Origin: Hemiscyllium ocellatum
Taxonomy: Eukaryota
Assembly (NCBI RefSeq): GCF_020745735.1
Contig: NC_083413.1
Coordinates: 28,768,001 to 28,832,000 of the forward strand
DNA: 64,000 bases
Reading direction: 5' to 3'
Under the pieces are notes generated by a model. The model had not been told where the DNA came from, searched no databases, and saw only the letters and a list, made by a program, of their open reading frames with translations. Numbering within the stretch: the first letter of the stretch is position 1; the number at the start of each line of letters is the position of its first letter. Both the position numbers and the translations under genes were made by a program. This document shows positions 63,655 to 64,000 of the stretch, in pieces.

Positions 63655-64000
63655 NNNNNNNNNNNNNNNNNNNNNNNNNNNNNNNNNNNNNNNNNNNNNN
63701 NNNNNNNNNNNNNNNNNNNNNNNNNNNNNNNNNNNNNNNNNNNNNNNNNNNNNNNNNNNNNNNNNNNNNNNNNNNNNNNNNNNNNNNNNNNNNNNNNNNN
63801 NNNNNNNNNNNNNNNNNNNNNNNNNNNNNNNNNNNNNNNNNNNNNNNNNNNNNNNNNNNNNNNNNNNNNNNNNNNNNNNNNNNNNNNNNNNNNNNNNNNN
63901 NNNNNNNNNNNNNNNNNNNNNNNNNNNNNNNNNNNNNNNNNNNNNNAGACTGCTCCACTGTCAACTCTAACTAGTCAGATCTTATGTATTATTTGATTTT

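Noticed and set aside
62989-63996. 335-aa RGG-rich ORF and antisense Pro-rich ORF
   Set aside because: Translation of the 16-bp minisatellite and N gaps.
1-64000. CRISPR arrays, rRNA or prokaryotic systems
   Set aside because: Eukaryotic intron-containing locus with no regularly spaced repeat-spacer array or rRNA-like sequence.

Overview
Vertebrate genomic DNA, almost certainly from a shark. The HE1/V-SINE copies with (TAATC)n tails and the abundant CR1 and Penelope repeats point to a carpet/bamboo shark (inference). Four spliced or single-exon genes can be read from the sequence: PIGZ (+, 2 coding exons, 574 aa), NCBP2AS2 microprotein (-, single exon, 96 aa), NCBP2/CBP20 (+, 4 exons, 164 aa, intron 2 is U12-type) and the last two coding exons of SENP5 (-). 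Order and orientation match the human 3q29 block as I recall it. Most of the remainder is transposon-derived: CR1 LINEs (one nearly full length), Penelope-like elements (PLEs) of at least three families, HE1 SINEs, a Gypsy remnant with a nested solo LTR, and Tigger-type DNA elements. A G-rich 16-bp minisatellite runs into assembly gaps at the end. The most notable unannotated layer is RNA structure. PLE termini carry minimal hammerhead ribozyme motifs, two of them intact and on the sense strand of the SENP5 last intron. Many short PLE-derived elements are fold-back palindromes. A CpG-rich promoter upstream of PIGZ has been split by insertions. Most ORFs in the supplied track are TE fragments or noise. 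I found no convincing wholly new protein-coding system.
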